31,543 bases of DNA from Thermoleophilaceae bacterium (GCA_050999535.1 JBPCPD010000210.1:1-31543), one strand, 5' to 3'; shown: positions 15,810-26,081, counted from the stretch's first letter. Numbers and translations: made by a program. The notes: generated by a model not told the origin, from the letters alone.

Positions 15810-17486
15810 TCAGCCGGTTACGCCCGGCGGCCTCGGCCGCACAGGGAGCCCCGAGCCCCGCACGAACAGCGTCCGTCGTGCCGAGTCGCGCGCGCCCTGT
15901 CTGCTGCGAGCTCCCGCACGGGTCACCAGCCGGCCCGTCCGTGAGTCGCGATCGATGCGCACGACGACACGCCGGCGCACCAGGCTACGCGGCTTGAGCG
16001 AACGCGCCGTGAAGCAGATCCTGCCGCCGGAGACCTTGCCTCCGCCGCGCTTCACCAGCGTGAAGCGGGACGACAGCCTGATGCACCGACGGACGTTCGT
16101 CTGGGCGCGGTTGCGCCTGTTGCGCACCCCCAGCGTGAAGACGACCCTCTGCCCGCGCCGGACTCGAACCGGGGCCGACCCGCGCGCACGGCGCTTCGTC
16201 CCGCCCCGCGCCGAGCGGACGGCGCTCGCCTTCAGCCCGAGCGAGAGACGGTCGCGCGGCGCCGCCACCACCGGCTCCGTCGTGCCCGTCGGCGGAGTGA
16301 GGCCGACCCCACCGGCGTTGGCCGCTTCGGCGCGGCAGCTGATCGTCGCGCGCGCGTCGGAGCGGCCCGTGACCCTGAACTTGGTCGAGCCCCCGCGCTG
16401 GAGCACCTTGTTCGTCTTGGTGTCGGTGAACGCGTAGGTGAAGAAGGGCGAGTTGGTCCATGTCCCCGCCGAGCATGTCAGCGTGTCGCCCCTCCGCGGC
16501 GGCGTGGTGGCCCCTCGCGGCACGGTGAGCTCAACGTTCTCGCCACCTCGCGGAGCCTGCGGCGGCGAGTCGTTGCCGTTGATGAACATCTGGATCTCGG
16601 CCGCCGAGACGTTGGTGTAAACGTTGGACTGCGCGGCGTCGCAAGAGACGTTGTTGGACACGATGCCCAGCATCGCACCGCCGAGCTGCAGCGCGCCGCC
16701 GCTGTCGCCCGAGCAGAACGAGCCCGCCGGCGCGGCACCGACGACGAACAGGGCATTCAACGGTCCCACCGGACCGACCGAGGCGTCCTGGACGGTCTCG
16801 TCGATCGCAAAGAGGTTGCCATCGCGGATCGCCGGATCCTGGCTCTGAAGCCCGAAGCCGGCGACGGTGCCGCCCGCTCCGATCGGCGAGACGACGTTCT
16901 GCGCAGTGAGCGCAATCGGCTGCTTGGCCGGCCCCGACAGGTCAAGCGGGCTGGAGAGGGTCAGAGTCGCGACATCGTCGACGAAGTCGGCCAGGGTCCC
17001 CGAGCCGTTCGAGTCCAGGTTCCGAGGGTAGCCGGGGTGGACACGGTTCACGCTCACCCCCACCCTCTGCGGGGCGTCACCGGGCTGCGGCTCGGCCGCC
17101 CCGGTGGTCGGGCTGTACCGCGAGCTCCCCGCGTCAACGCTGATCAGCGCCGGCGGCGAGACAGCGTTGGGCACGGTCGCCGAGTCGGTTACGCAGTGCG
17201 CCGCCGTCACCACGGTGGTCGCGTTGATGATCGAGCCACCGCACAGGCTCCCGTCGCCGCCGGCCGCACGCCTGATGTTGACCTTCACCTGCCAGGGCGT
17301 CGCCGTGACCGGGATCTGCGTACCACCGACGATCCGACCCTGCGACAACCCCGACTTCTGAGCCTTCAGCACGCCGTTGGGCGCGTCGGCCACAGCGGTG
17401 GTCGCCGAGGCCGCCGCAAAGGCCGCGACACCGAGAGGAAGAAGCATCAGGCGCGCGACGCGCGCCCGAGAGACGGATGGGTGCAT
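15810..17486 (-). CDS. secreted trypsin-like (S1) serine protease with C-terminal Ig-like and very basic DUF11-like domains
   Basis: Signal peptide, IVGG, LCGGSII, TAAHC, DDVATL and GDSGG (His/Asp/Ser triad); TLTCSAGTW...SCRAEAANAGG beta-sandwich; Arg-rich tail ending PGVTG. Confidence 0.9.
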   Translation of the reverse strand: MHPSVSRARVARLMLLPLGVAAFAAASATTAVADAPNGVLKAQKSGLSQGRIVGGTQIPVTATPWQVKVNIRRAAGGDGSLCGGSIINATTVVTAAHCVTDSATVPNAVSPPALISVDAGSSRYSPTTGAAEPQPGDAPQRVGVSVNRVHPGYPRNLDSNGSGTLADFVDDVATLTLSSPLDLSGPAKQPIALTAQNVVSPIGAGGTVAGFGLQSQDPAIRDGNLFAIDETVQDASVGPVGPLNALFVVGAAPAGSFCSGDSGGALQLGGAMLGIVSNNVSCDAAQSNVYTNVSAAEIQMFINGNDSPPQAPRGGENVELTVPRGATTPPRRGDTLTCSAGTWTNSPFFTYAFTDTKTNKVLQRGGSTKFRVTGRSDARATISCRAEAANAGGVGLTPPTGTTEPVVAAPRDRLSLGLKASAVRSARGGTKRRARGSAPVRVRRGQRVVFTLGVRNRRNRAQTNVRRCIRLSSRFTLVKRGGGKVSGGRICFTARSLKPRSLVRRRVVVRIDRDSRTGRLVTRAGARSRQGARDSARRTLFVRGSGLPVRPRPPGVTG

Positions 17487-17659
17487 GACGGGGTTCTCCT
17501 GAGGTTGCGTGGCCGGGCCAAGGGGCGAGCGCTTCCGCGCGCAATGTAATCGAAGTGCTGGACTTCTGCGCCGTATGGCAGCGATGGGCCGCCCCCCCCC
17601 AGCGATACGGCCGGTCGACGCCGTCGACGCCGTGGCGCCGCGAGTAGCCTCGCAGAGCC

Positions 17660-20600
17660 GTGGCCCCCGATCCGCTCGCCTCCTTCACCCCGGCCGTCCG
17701 CGACTGGTTCACACGCTCCTTCGCGGGCCCGACGGCCGCCCAGGAGCAGGCGTGGCCGGCGATCGCCGGCGGCGAGCACGTGCTCGTCTCGGCGCCGACC
17801 GGCTCGGGCAAGACGCTCGCCGCCTTCCTCTGGGGGCTCGACCGGCTCGTCGCCAAGCCCAGCCCGGCCGACGCGGGGCAGCGGCGCACGCGGCTCGTCT
17901 ACGTGTCCCCGCTGAAGGCGCTCTCCTACGATGTCGAGAAGAACCTGCGTGCGCCGCTGAAGGGGATCGCTGCTGGCGGAGTGACCCCCGACGGGGGCAC
18001 GCCGCGCAGTTACATCAGCGTCGCGATCCGCACCGGTGACACGCCGCAGAAGGAGCGCGCGGCGATGCTGCGCAGGCCGCCCGACGTGCTGATCACGACG
18101 CCGGAGTCGCTCTACCTGATGCTCACCTCCCGCGCGCGGGAGATGCTCGGCGGGGTGCAGTGGTGCATCGTCGACGAGATCCACGCCGTCGCCCAGACCA
18201 AGCGCGGCGCGCACCTCGCGCTGACGCTCGAGCGTCTCGAGCACGCATCCGAGCACTCCGTGCAGCGGATCGGGCTGTCGGCGACGCAGCGCCCGCTCGA
18301 GGAGGTCGGGCGCTTCCTCGTCGGCGGCGGACGCGACTGCCGGGTCGTCGACACCGGCAGGCGCAAGGAGCTCGACCTGCGCATCCAGGTGCCCGTGGAG
18401 GACATGCGCGAGCCGGGCGCGCACGACGTGACCGACGCCGGCTTCGGCGGCCAGGGCACCGCGGCCGGCGGCGGCGACCTCGTCGGGACGGGGCTGGGCA
18501 GCGGCGAGAGCATCGGCCTCCCCGATGGGCAGGCCGACATCGGCGCCGGGCGCTCGATCTGGCCGGCGATCTACCCCGAGCTGCTGCGGCTCGTGCGCGA
18601 GCACACCTCGACGATCGTCTTCGTCAACAGCCGTCGCGGCGCCGAGCGGCTCGCGCTGCGCCTCAACGACCTCGCGGCCGAGGAGGACGGCGGGTGGTGC
18701 GCCGCCGCCGCGGGAGGAGCGCAGCCGGATCGCCGATCCGGCGAGCACCGCACCGAGACTCTCGTCGCCCGTGCCCACCACGGCTCGCTCGCGCGCGAGG
18801 AGCGCCTGGTCGTCGAGGACCTGCTCAAGTCGGGCGAGCTGCCGTGCCTGGTCGCGACCTCGTCGCTGGAGCTGGGCATCGACATGGGGGCGGTCGATCT
18901 CGTGCTGCAGGTCGAGTCGCCGAAGTCGGGCACCGCCGGCCTGCAGCGCATCGGGCGCGCGGGGCACAACGTCGGAGACGTCAGCAAGGGCCGCATCTTT
19001 CCGAAGTTCCGCGCCGACCTGCTCGAGTGCGCGGTCGTCGCGCGGCGGATGCGCGACGGCGAGATCGAGACGACCGTCATCCCGCGCAACCCGCTCGACG
19101 TGCTCGCCCAGCAGATCGTCGCGATGGTCGCCGCACCTCCGCCACCATCGACGCAGGACGACCCCAGGGAACGGCCCGCCGGCGGCACCGAGTGGCGCGC
19201 GAGCGAGCTGCACGAGCTCGTCCGGCGCGCCCACCCCTACTCCGACCTCTCGCGCGAGCTGCTCGACCAGGTGCTCGACATGCTCGACGGGCGCTACCCC
19301 TCGGAGGAGTTCTCCGAGCTGCGGCCGCGGATCGTGTGGGACCGGGTGCAGGACACCGTGCGCGCGCGCAAGGGCTCGCTCGCGCTCGCGGTCACCAACG
19401 CGGGCACGATCCCCGACCGCGGCCTCTACGGGGTGCACCTGCCCGACGGGCGCAGGGTCGGCGAGCTCGACGAGGAGATGGTCTACGAGGCGCGCCCGGG
19501 CCAGACGTTCCTGCTCGGCGCGTCCGCCTGGCGGATCGAGGAGATCACCCGCGACCGCGTGATCGTCACGCCCGCGCCCGGCGCTCCCGGCGCGGTGCCC
19601 TTCTGGCGCGGGGACGGCGTCGGGCGCCCGATGGAGCTGGGTCGGGCGATCGGCGAGTTCGCACGCACGGCGATCGACATGGAGCCCGCCGAGCTCGCGC
19701 GCGGCTACGACCTCGACGAGCGCGCGGCGAGCAACCTGCTCACCTACCTGCGCGAGCAGCGTGAGGCCACCCGCGTCGTGCCGTCCGACCGCACGATCGT
19801 GGTCGAACGCTTCCGCGACGAGATCGGCGACTGGCGTCTGTGCGTGCTCTCGCCCTTCGGCGGGCGTGTGCACGCCGCCTGGGGCCTGGCGCTCTCGGCG
19901 CGCATCCGCGACGAGTTCGGGCTCGAGTCGGACGCGATCTGGTCCGACGACGGGATCGTCGTCCACCTCCCCGACGCGGACGAGCCGCCCGGCGCCGAGC
20001 TGGTGCTGGTCGAGGCAGACGAGGTCGAGGAGCTGGTCGTGCGCGAGCTGTCGGCCTCCGCGCTCTACGGCGCGCGCTTCCGCGAGAACGCGGCGCGCGC
20101 GCTGCTGCTCCCGCGCGCCTACCCGGGCAAGCGCACGCCGCTGTGGCAGCAGCGGCTCAAGGCGCAGTCGCTGCTCGAGGTCGCCAAGCGCTACGGCCAG
20201 TTCCCGATCGTGCTCGAGACCTATCGCGAGTGCCTGCGCGACGTGCTCGACGTGCCCGGCCTCGAGGGGCTCCTGCGCGGCCTCGCGACGCGCGAGCTGT
20301 CGCTGGTCGAGACCGAGACCCAGCGCGCCTCGCCGTTCGCCTCGTCGCTGCTGTTCGACTACGTCGCGACCTACATGTACGAGGGCGATACGCCCAACGC
20401 CGAGCGGCGCGCGGCCGCGCTCTCGCTCGACCGCGACCTGTTGCGCGAGCTCCTCTGCCAGGAGGAGCTGCGCAAACCGCTCGATCGCGACGCACTGGCC
20501 GAGCTCGAAGCCGACCTCCAGCGCCTGTCGCAGCGCACCCAGGCCGCCAACGCCGATGCGCTGCACGACGTGCTGCGCGCGGTCGGCGACCTGACCGCGG

Positions 20601-22312
20601 TCGAGGCCCAGCAGCGCTGCCTCGGCGACGCATCGGCGCAGCGGATGCTCGACGAGCTGGTGCGCGAGCGCCGCGCGGCGAGCATGCGGATCGGCGGCGA
20701 GCAGCGCTTCGTAGCCGCCGAGGACGCCGGGCTCTATCGCGACGCGTTCGGCGCGGTGCCGCCCGGCGGCCTCCCGGCGGCGTTCCTCGAGGAGGTCCCC
20801 GAGCCCTTCGCGCGGCTGGTGCGCCGCTGCGCGCGAACGCACGGGCCGTTTACGACGCGCGAGCTCGCCGACCGCTACTCGGTCGACCCGACGGCGGTAC
20901 TGCGCGAGGCCGAGCGCGCCGGCGAGCTCGTGCTCGGCGAGCTGCGCCCCGGTGGCAACGAGCGCGAGTGGTGCGACCCCGAGGTGCTGCGCCGGCTGCG
21001 CCGCGCCTCGCTGGCGACGCTGCGCAAGGAGGTCGAGCCCGCCGAGCAGCGCGCGCTCGCGCGCTTCCTGCCCGCGTGGCAGGGAGTCGATGCCTCTCCG
21101 CCCGGCGGCGCGGGCGTCGATCGCCTGCGTGAGCAGCTCGTTCCGCTGTAGGGGCTGGCGCTCGCGCCCGAAGTGTGGGAGGCGGACGTGCTGCCGCGGC
21201 GCGTCGGCGCGTACTCGCGCGCGTGGATCGACGGCCTCTGCGCCTCCGGCGAGCTGGTCTGGGTCGGGGCCGGCGCGCTCGGGCGGCGCTCGGGCAAGGT
21301 CGCGCTCTACTTTCGCGACGACGCGCCGTGGCTCGGGCCGCCGCCGGTCAAGGGCGAGCCGCCCGGCGAGGCCCTGCACGACGCTGTCCGCGCGCGGCTG
21401 GCCGCCGGGGCGTCCTTCTGGGCCGATCTGCTCGCCGACGTCACCCTCGAGACCGCGCCGGGAGTCGAGCCCGCCGAGCTGCAGGAGGCGTTGTGGGATC
21501 TGGTCTGGGCGGGCGAGGTCACCAACGACGCCTTCGCCCCGCTGCGCGCGCCGCGGCTCTCGCTCGCACGCGAGCAGCGCGAGCGCGGGCGCCGCTTCGC
21601 GCGCCGCCGGCGGCCGGGCGCCCCGCAGGTCCAGGGCCGCTGGTCTTTGACCGCGCGGCTGTTCGCCGATGCTCCCGAGCACGGCGCGAAGATGCGCGCG
21701 CTGAGCGAGATCATGCTCGAGCGCTGCGGGATCGTCACGCGCGAGTCGGTACTCGCCGAGGGGATCCCTGGCGGCTTCTCGACGCTCTACTCCGAGCTTG
21801 GCAACCTCGAGACGCTGGGAACGGCGCGGCGCGGCTACTTCGTCGAGGGACTCGGCGGCGCCCAGTTCGCCCTGCCCGCGGCGATCGAGCGCCTGCGCGG
21901 CCTACGCTCCGACGAGCCCGCCGGGGCGCTCGTGCTCGCCGCGACCGATCCGGCCAACCCCTACGGGGCGACGCTGCCCTGGCCCAAGCGCGCGGACGAG
22001 CAGTCCGGCCGCAGGCCGAGCCGGACCGCGGGAGCGCACGTCGTCACGCTCGACTCCGAGCCGGTGCTCTTCGTCGAGCGCAGCGGCAAGGCGCTGCTCG
22101 CGCTGCGCGCGCCGTTCACCGCGGGCGGGGAGCCCGAGGCATGGCTGGTCGAGGCACTCGACGCGCTCGCCGACCACGTTCGCCGCGGGCGCATCAAGCG
22201 GCTGGGACTCGAGCGCTTCGACGGCGAGCCGATCGTCGGCTCGCCCGTGGAGGCGCTGCTGATCGACGCGGGCTTCCGCCAGAGCCCGCGACGGCTGACG
22301 CTCAGCGCCTGA
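17660..22312 (+). pseudogene. lhr: long-form Lhr SF2 helicase interrupted by an in-frame TAG at 21149-21151
   Basis: APTGSGKT, YVSPLKAL, TTPESLYL, DEIH, SAT, HHGS, TSSLELGID and QRIGRAGH helicase motifs. The C-terminal region (WAGEVTND, GRW, RRGYFVEG, ATDPANPYG) continues in frame: ...EQLVPL*GLALAPEVWEADVLPRR... Confidence 0.88.
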
Positions 22313-22871
22313 GCTCAGACTTCAGCAGCTGCTCGAGCGCCAGCTCGAAGCCGGGCATCGTCGGCGAGGTGAGCGTGTCCCCACGCTCGAGCTCCAACGC
22401 CACATCGAACGAATCGAGGCGCGGCTTCGAGCGGCGGTAGACGAGCACGGTCTCCGCACGGTCGTCGACGAGCCACAGCTCGGGGAGGCCGGTCCGCTCG
22501 TAGACGAGCCGCTTGATGCCGACGTCGTAGCGCCAGGTGCCCGGCGAGCGGATCTCGACGCACAGGTCGCAGACGCCGGTCGGGTACCGGCGAAGGTCCA
22601 CCGGACGGTTGGCTTCGGAGAACCACAGGACATCCGGGCCGTAGACGTTCCCTTCATCCAGCGTCAGGCTCGTCGGCCCGATCACCAGGCCGCGCGCCTG
22701 ACCCGCATCGATCCAGATGCTGATCGCCGTGATGAGCCGTGCCTGGAGGACCTGGTGAATGGGCTTGGGCTCATTCACGATGACCTCGCCCGCAACGAGC
22801 TGCGTGCGATCGCCCTCGACGCTCCAGGCGTGGTACTGCTCGGCGGTCATGCGGGTTGCGGTCGCGCTCAC
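22302..22871 (-). CDS. Uma2-family (DUF820) PD-(D/E)xK endonuclease
   Basis: MTAEQY...QLVAGEVIVNEP...H, YGPDVLWF, LCVEIRSP, YERTGLPELWLVD and SPTMPGFEL. GTG start at 22871 assumed. Confidence 0.9.
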   Translation of the reverse strand: MSATATRMTAEQYHAWSVEGDRTQLVAGEVIVNEPKPIHQVLQARLITAISIWIDAGQARGLVIGPTSLTLDEGNVYGPDVLWFSEANRPVDLRRYPTGVCDLCVEIRSPGTWRYDVGIKRLVYERTGLPELWLVDDRAETVLVYRRSKPRLDSFDVALELERGDTLTSPTMPGFELALEQLLKSELRR

Positions 22872-22989
22872 TCGTGTCCCCTTCGCTCTCGGCCACTGCA
22901 TCCTAAGAGGCACGCGCATCCTGTTCTCGCCCCTGGGCCGCAGCTCTGGCAACATCACCGCCGCGAAGCCACCAAAGACGGGGGAGCAG

Positions 22990-23433
22990 TTGCAGGGCAC
23001 GGCGCCGGTACGGATCGCGACGACGCTCCTCTGGGTGCTGGTCGGGATCGGCGTGCTGCGCACGATCCTGACCTTTGCCCTGTTCGACTCGCTGCTCGAT
23101 GCCTACGTCGACGCGCAGGGGGACACCGGCCTGCCGCGCGAGGTCGCCGAGGACGAGGCGCCCCCCTATCGGACGGTCGCGCTGGTCTCCGGGCTCCTGT
23201 TCGCCGCAGCGCTCGCCGTCGCCGCGCTCGGCCTCTCCGAGGGACGCAGCCGGGCCCGGATACTCGGCATGGTGCTGTGCGGGCTGGTCGCCTTCGGCGG
23301 ACTGATCTCGGCGATCCAGCCCGCACCGATCATCTTCCCGCTGCTCGGGCTCGTCAATGCCGCGGTGGCGATCGCGGCGGAGGTCTTCCTCGCCAAGCCC
23401 GAGGTCCGCGCCTGGTGCAGGCGCCGGCGCTGA
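22990..23433 (+). CDS. hypothetical membrane protein (about 4 TM segments)
   Basis: Hydrophobic runs (IATTLLWVLVGIGVL, VALVSGLLFAAALAVAAL, ILGMVLCGLVAFGGL, IIFPLLGLVNAAVAIAA) and basic tail (VRAWCRRRR). TTG start after GGGGAG is uncertain. Confidence 0.65.
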   Translation: MQGTAPVRIATTLLWVLVGIGVLRTILTFALFDSLLDAYVDAQGDTGLPREVAEDEAPPYRTVALVSGLLFAAALAVAALGLSEGRSRARILGMVLCGLVAFGGLISAIQPAPIIFPLLGLVNAAVAIAAEVFLAKPEVRAWCRRRR

Positions 23434-23479
23434 GGCCCGCGCTCGCCCGCGGGCGCGCCGCCACACGTACCCTCGACTG

Positions 23480-24280
23480 ATGCCCGAGGGCGACACGATC
23501 CATCACGCTGCGCAGCGCGTCGGCGACGCGCTGGTGGGCCACGGGATCGCCTCGATCGAGACGCCGCACCCGCGCCACCGCTTCGACCGCTGGCCGGCCC
23601 GCCTCGCCGGGCGCTCGGTGCACGCGGTGCAGGCGCACGGCAAGCACCTGTTCCTGCGCTTCGATGACGACCTCACGCTGCACTCGCACCTGCGCATGGG
23701 CGGCAGGTGGGGCGTCTACCGCCGCGGCGAGCGCTGGCGGCGGGCCCCGCATCGCGCCTGGCTGGTTATCCGCACCTCCGCCCACGAGGTCGTGCAGTTC
23801 GATGGGCCGGTGCTCGAGCTGATGACCGAGTCGCGCACGCGCTTCGACCGGCGCCTCGCCGCGCTGGGGCCCGACATCCTCGCCCCCGAGCTGGACGAGC
23901 GCGCGTTCATCGCCCGCCTGCGAAGCGACGACGCGACCCGCGGCATCGGCGACGCGCTGCTCGACCAGCGCACGCTCGCCGGCATCGGCAACATCTGGAG
24001 GTCCGAGTCGTGCTTCATAGCGGGCGTCGACCCCTGGCGCCGGGTCGCAGCGGTGACCGACGCCGAGGCGCTGGAGATCGTCCGCGGGGCGCGGCCGCTG
24101 ATGCAGGAGTCGGCGCGGCGCGGCGGGCGCATCACGACCTACCGGGGCGACCGGCGCGGCGGCACCTGGGTCTACGAGCGCGCCGCCCTTCCCTGCCGCC
24201 GCTGCCAGACGCTCGTGCGCTCCCGCGGCCAGGGCGACGACAACCGGACGACGTTCTGGTGCCCGAGCTGTCAGCGGTGA
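23480..24280 (+). CDS. nei: Fpg/Nei DNA glycosylase/AP lyase (endonuclease VIII-like)
   Basis: N-terminal (M)PEGDT, GKHL, HLRMGG, LGPDIL, LLDQ...AGIGNI (H2TH) and zinc finger CRRC...WCPSCQ. Confidence 0.93.
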   Translation: MPEGDTIHHAAQRVGDALVGHGIASIETPHPRHRFDRWPARLAGRSVHAVQAHGKHLFLRFDDDLTLHSHLRMGGRWGVYRRGERWRRAPHRAWLVIRTSAHEVVQFDGPVLELMTESRTRFDRRLAALGPDILAPELDERAFIARLRSDDATRGIGDALLDQRTLAGIGNIWRSESCFIAGVDPWRRVAAVTDAEALEIVRGARPLMQESARRGGRITTYRGDRRGGTWVYERAALPCRRCQTLVRSRGQGDDNRTTFWCPSCQR

Positions 24281-24356
24281 CGCCGCCGCCACCGCTGGCG
24301 ACGCACGACGGCGTCCCCCCCTCGCTCGGACTCCTCCGTGAGCTGGGGTGGGTCGC

Positions 24357-24875
24357 TCACGGAGAGCGCACCGTCGCCTCGATGTCGCTCGTGAGCAGGT
24401 AGAGATCGAGGGCCTCGTCATCGGCGGGATCGAAGCGCTGAAAGCCGAGCCGCTCCCACCAGCCGCGGGTGTCCCGACGCAGCGCCGTCACCACGACGGC
24501 GCGGCAAGCGGCCTTCGCGTTGAGCTCGACGGCCGTGGCGAGTACATGTGCGCCCAGCGCCGTCCCAACTCCAAGGCCGGCGTGCCTGCGATCCACGGCG
24601 AGCCGGCCGAGCAGGAGCGCGGGGACCAGGTCGGGCGCGCCCCGTGCGAGCGCGTCGGGCGCGGCCGAGCGGTCGATGCCGGTCATGCCGATGCTCGCGT
24701 ACGCGACGACCCGGTGGGCAGCGTCGAAGATCATCCACGTCGCCGCCGTGTCCCGGCGCCGATTCTGGCCGGCGTACCGCTGCAGCCAGTCGTCGAGGCT
24801 CCGCTCGCCGGACTCGAAGTCGGTGCGGTCGTGAAGCGAGACGTCGAGCGGCGCCGGCCGCCGAAGCTCAGTCAA
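24357..24875 (-). CDS. GNAT acetyltransferase toxin (AtaT/TacT-like)
   Basis: HDRTDFESGERSLDDWL, VPALLLGRLAVDRRHAGLGVG and WERLGF. The TTG start overlaps the antitoxin stop. Confidence 0.88.
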   Translation of the reverse strand: MTELRRPAPLDVSLHDRTDFESGERSLDDWLQRYAGQNRRRDTAATWMIFDAAHRVVAYASIGMTGIDRSAAPDALARGAPDLVPALLLGRLAVDRRHAGLGVGTALGAHVLATAVELNAKAACRAVVVTALRRDTRGWWERLGFQRFDPADDEALDLYLLTSDIEATVRSP

Positions 24876-25147
24876 GCCACGAGAAGCGGCGCGGGCGTCG
24901 CAGCGCCTCGGCGAGCCGCTCGTTGACCTCAGCGGGGCGTTCGAGCGCCTCAGTGAACGACTCCGCCCCTTCCGGCGTCAAGCGGATGCTGTACCGCTCC
25001 GCCAGCACCTCCTCGGCCTTCGAGGAGGCCGCCTGGAGGACGAAGGCGGAGACGTTGAGGTGCGCTGGCCGATGCCGCGCGCTCGAGCAGCGCCTTGTCC
25101 GAGGGCTCAACGCGGAGCTGAAGGCGGTCCTGCTTGATCGGGGCCAT
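24868..25147 (-). pseudogene. DUF1778 (AtaR/TacA-like RHH) antitoxin with a +1 frameshift
   Basis: MAPIKQDRLQLRVEPSDKALLERAASA (ATG 25147) joins HLNVSAFVLQAASSKAEEVLAERYSIRLTPEGAESFTEALERPAEVNERL only after removing one base near 25063-25066. Confidence 0.8.
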
Positions 25148-25151
25148 GTAC

Positions 25152-25302
25152 TTACTTTGGCAGTACGACCGGGGGCCCGTCAAGCTCGTCCGACGCCGCG
25201 CGAGGCGAGCCCCGTAACCGCGCCAGGCCGAAGTGCTCGCCGTAGAACGCCGCCGAGCGCTCGCGGTCGGCGACCCTCAGGGCGACGTGATTGAGCGGCC
25301 AC
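25152..25302 (-). pseudogene. 5' fragment of a VOC/glyoxalase-family gene
   Basis: LNHVALRVADRERSAAFYGEHFGL (first VOC strand-helix), then loses coding character and stops at TAA 25152-25154. The GTG at 25302 after GAGCGAG is one base out of frame. Confidence 0.65.
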
Positions 25303-25308
25303 CTCGCT

Positions 25309-26081
25309 CTACTCGCCCTTCGGCGTCCACCGGAACGTCGCCGCCGCGATCACGAAGCCGGCCACGCCCCAGGCCGCCACGATCCCGAGGTCGGCCCACG
25401 CGACGCCCGCGCCCGTGGTGGCCGGGTCGAACGCCTCGAACAGCGCCTCGGCGAGGTGCTTGATCGGGAACACGTCGGCGAGCGAGGTCAGCCACATGGG
25501 CGCGTCGTCGGTCGGGAAGAACAGGCCCGAAATGAAGTACAGCGGCAGCACGACCGCGTTGACGAGCGGTGGCGCCGCGTCCTCGTTGGGGATCGCGGTC
25601 GCGAACGCGAAGCCGAGGCAGCAGAACGCGGCGGCCCCGACCAGCAGCGAGAGCACGACGCCGGGGACCGTCGAGCCCGGCAGGCTGACCCCGTAGCCGA
25701 CCCGCCCCACGGCGAGCAGCGCGATCGTCAGCGCGGTCGCAAGCGCGACCGCGGTCGCCACGCGCCCGGCGATGAAGGCGGGGATCGGCAGCGGCGTCCC
25801 GCGGATGCGCTTGAGCTGGCGGTTCTCGCGCTCGATCGTCAGGCCGATCGCCAGGTTGACGAACGTCGTCGAGACGATCCCGAGCGCGATCAGCCCCGCA
25901 CGTAGTAGGTCGAGGACTTGATCCCACCGCGCGACTCGAGCGTCTCGTTGCCGAACACGGTCGCGAAGATCACCAGGAACAGCACCGGCAGCAGCAGGCT
26001 GAAGAAGACCACCGGCGGGTTACGCAGCGAGGCCCGGGCCTGGAAGGCCGCCTGGCGCAGCGCCAGCCGCGCCACGCTCAC
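25309..26081 (-). pseudogene. ABC-2 permease with a single-base frameshift
   Basis: ...STYYV|PGLIALGIVSTTFVNLAIGLTIERENRQLKRIRGTPLP... is restored by adding one base near 25899; PLYFISGLFFP downstream. Confidence 0.8.

Noticed and set aside
21149-21151. Pyrrolysine or selenocysteine recoding of the lhr TAG or the orphan TGA (8091-8093)
   Set aside because: No pyl/sel genes or SECIS-like hairpin is evident. The positions are not catalytic, and a C-to-T change explains both more simply.
17447-21682. 1411-aa minus-strand ORF and other long antisense ORFs (e.g. 5114-6118, 1405-2448, 11759-12604, 9263-10345)
   Set aside because: Shadow frames opposite recognisable genes. The GC3 bias of high-GC genomes removes antisense stops, and these ORFs have no motifs.
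18929-21727. Diversity-generating-retroelement-like mutagenesis explaining Tyr-to-Cys changes in lhr
   Set aside because: No reverse transcriptase or template/variable repeat pair is present, and the changes are dispersed and include non-adenine substitutions.
17600-23480. Mycobacterial PafBC promoter motif (TGTCGG-N10-TA-N3-T) upstream of lhr, nei or GIY-YIG
   Set aside because: The -10 boxes are present, but the hexamers 10 nt upstream do not match TGTCGG by eye.
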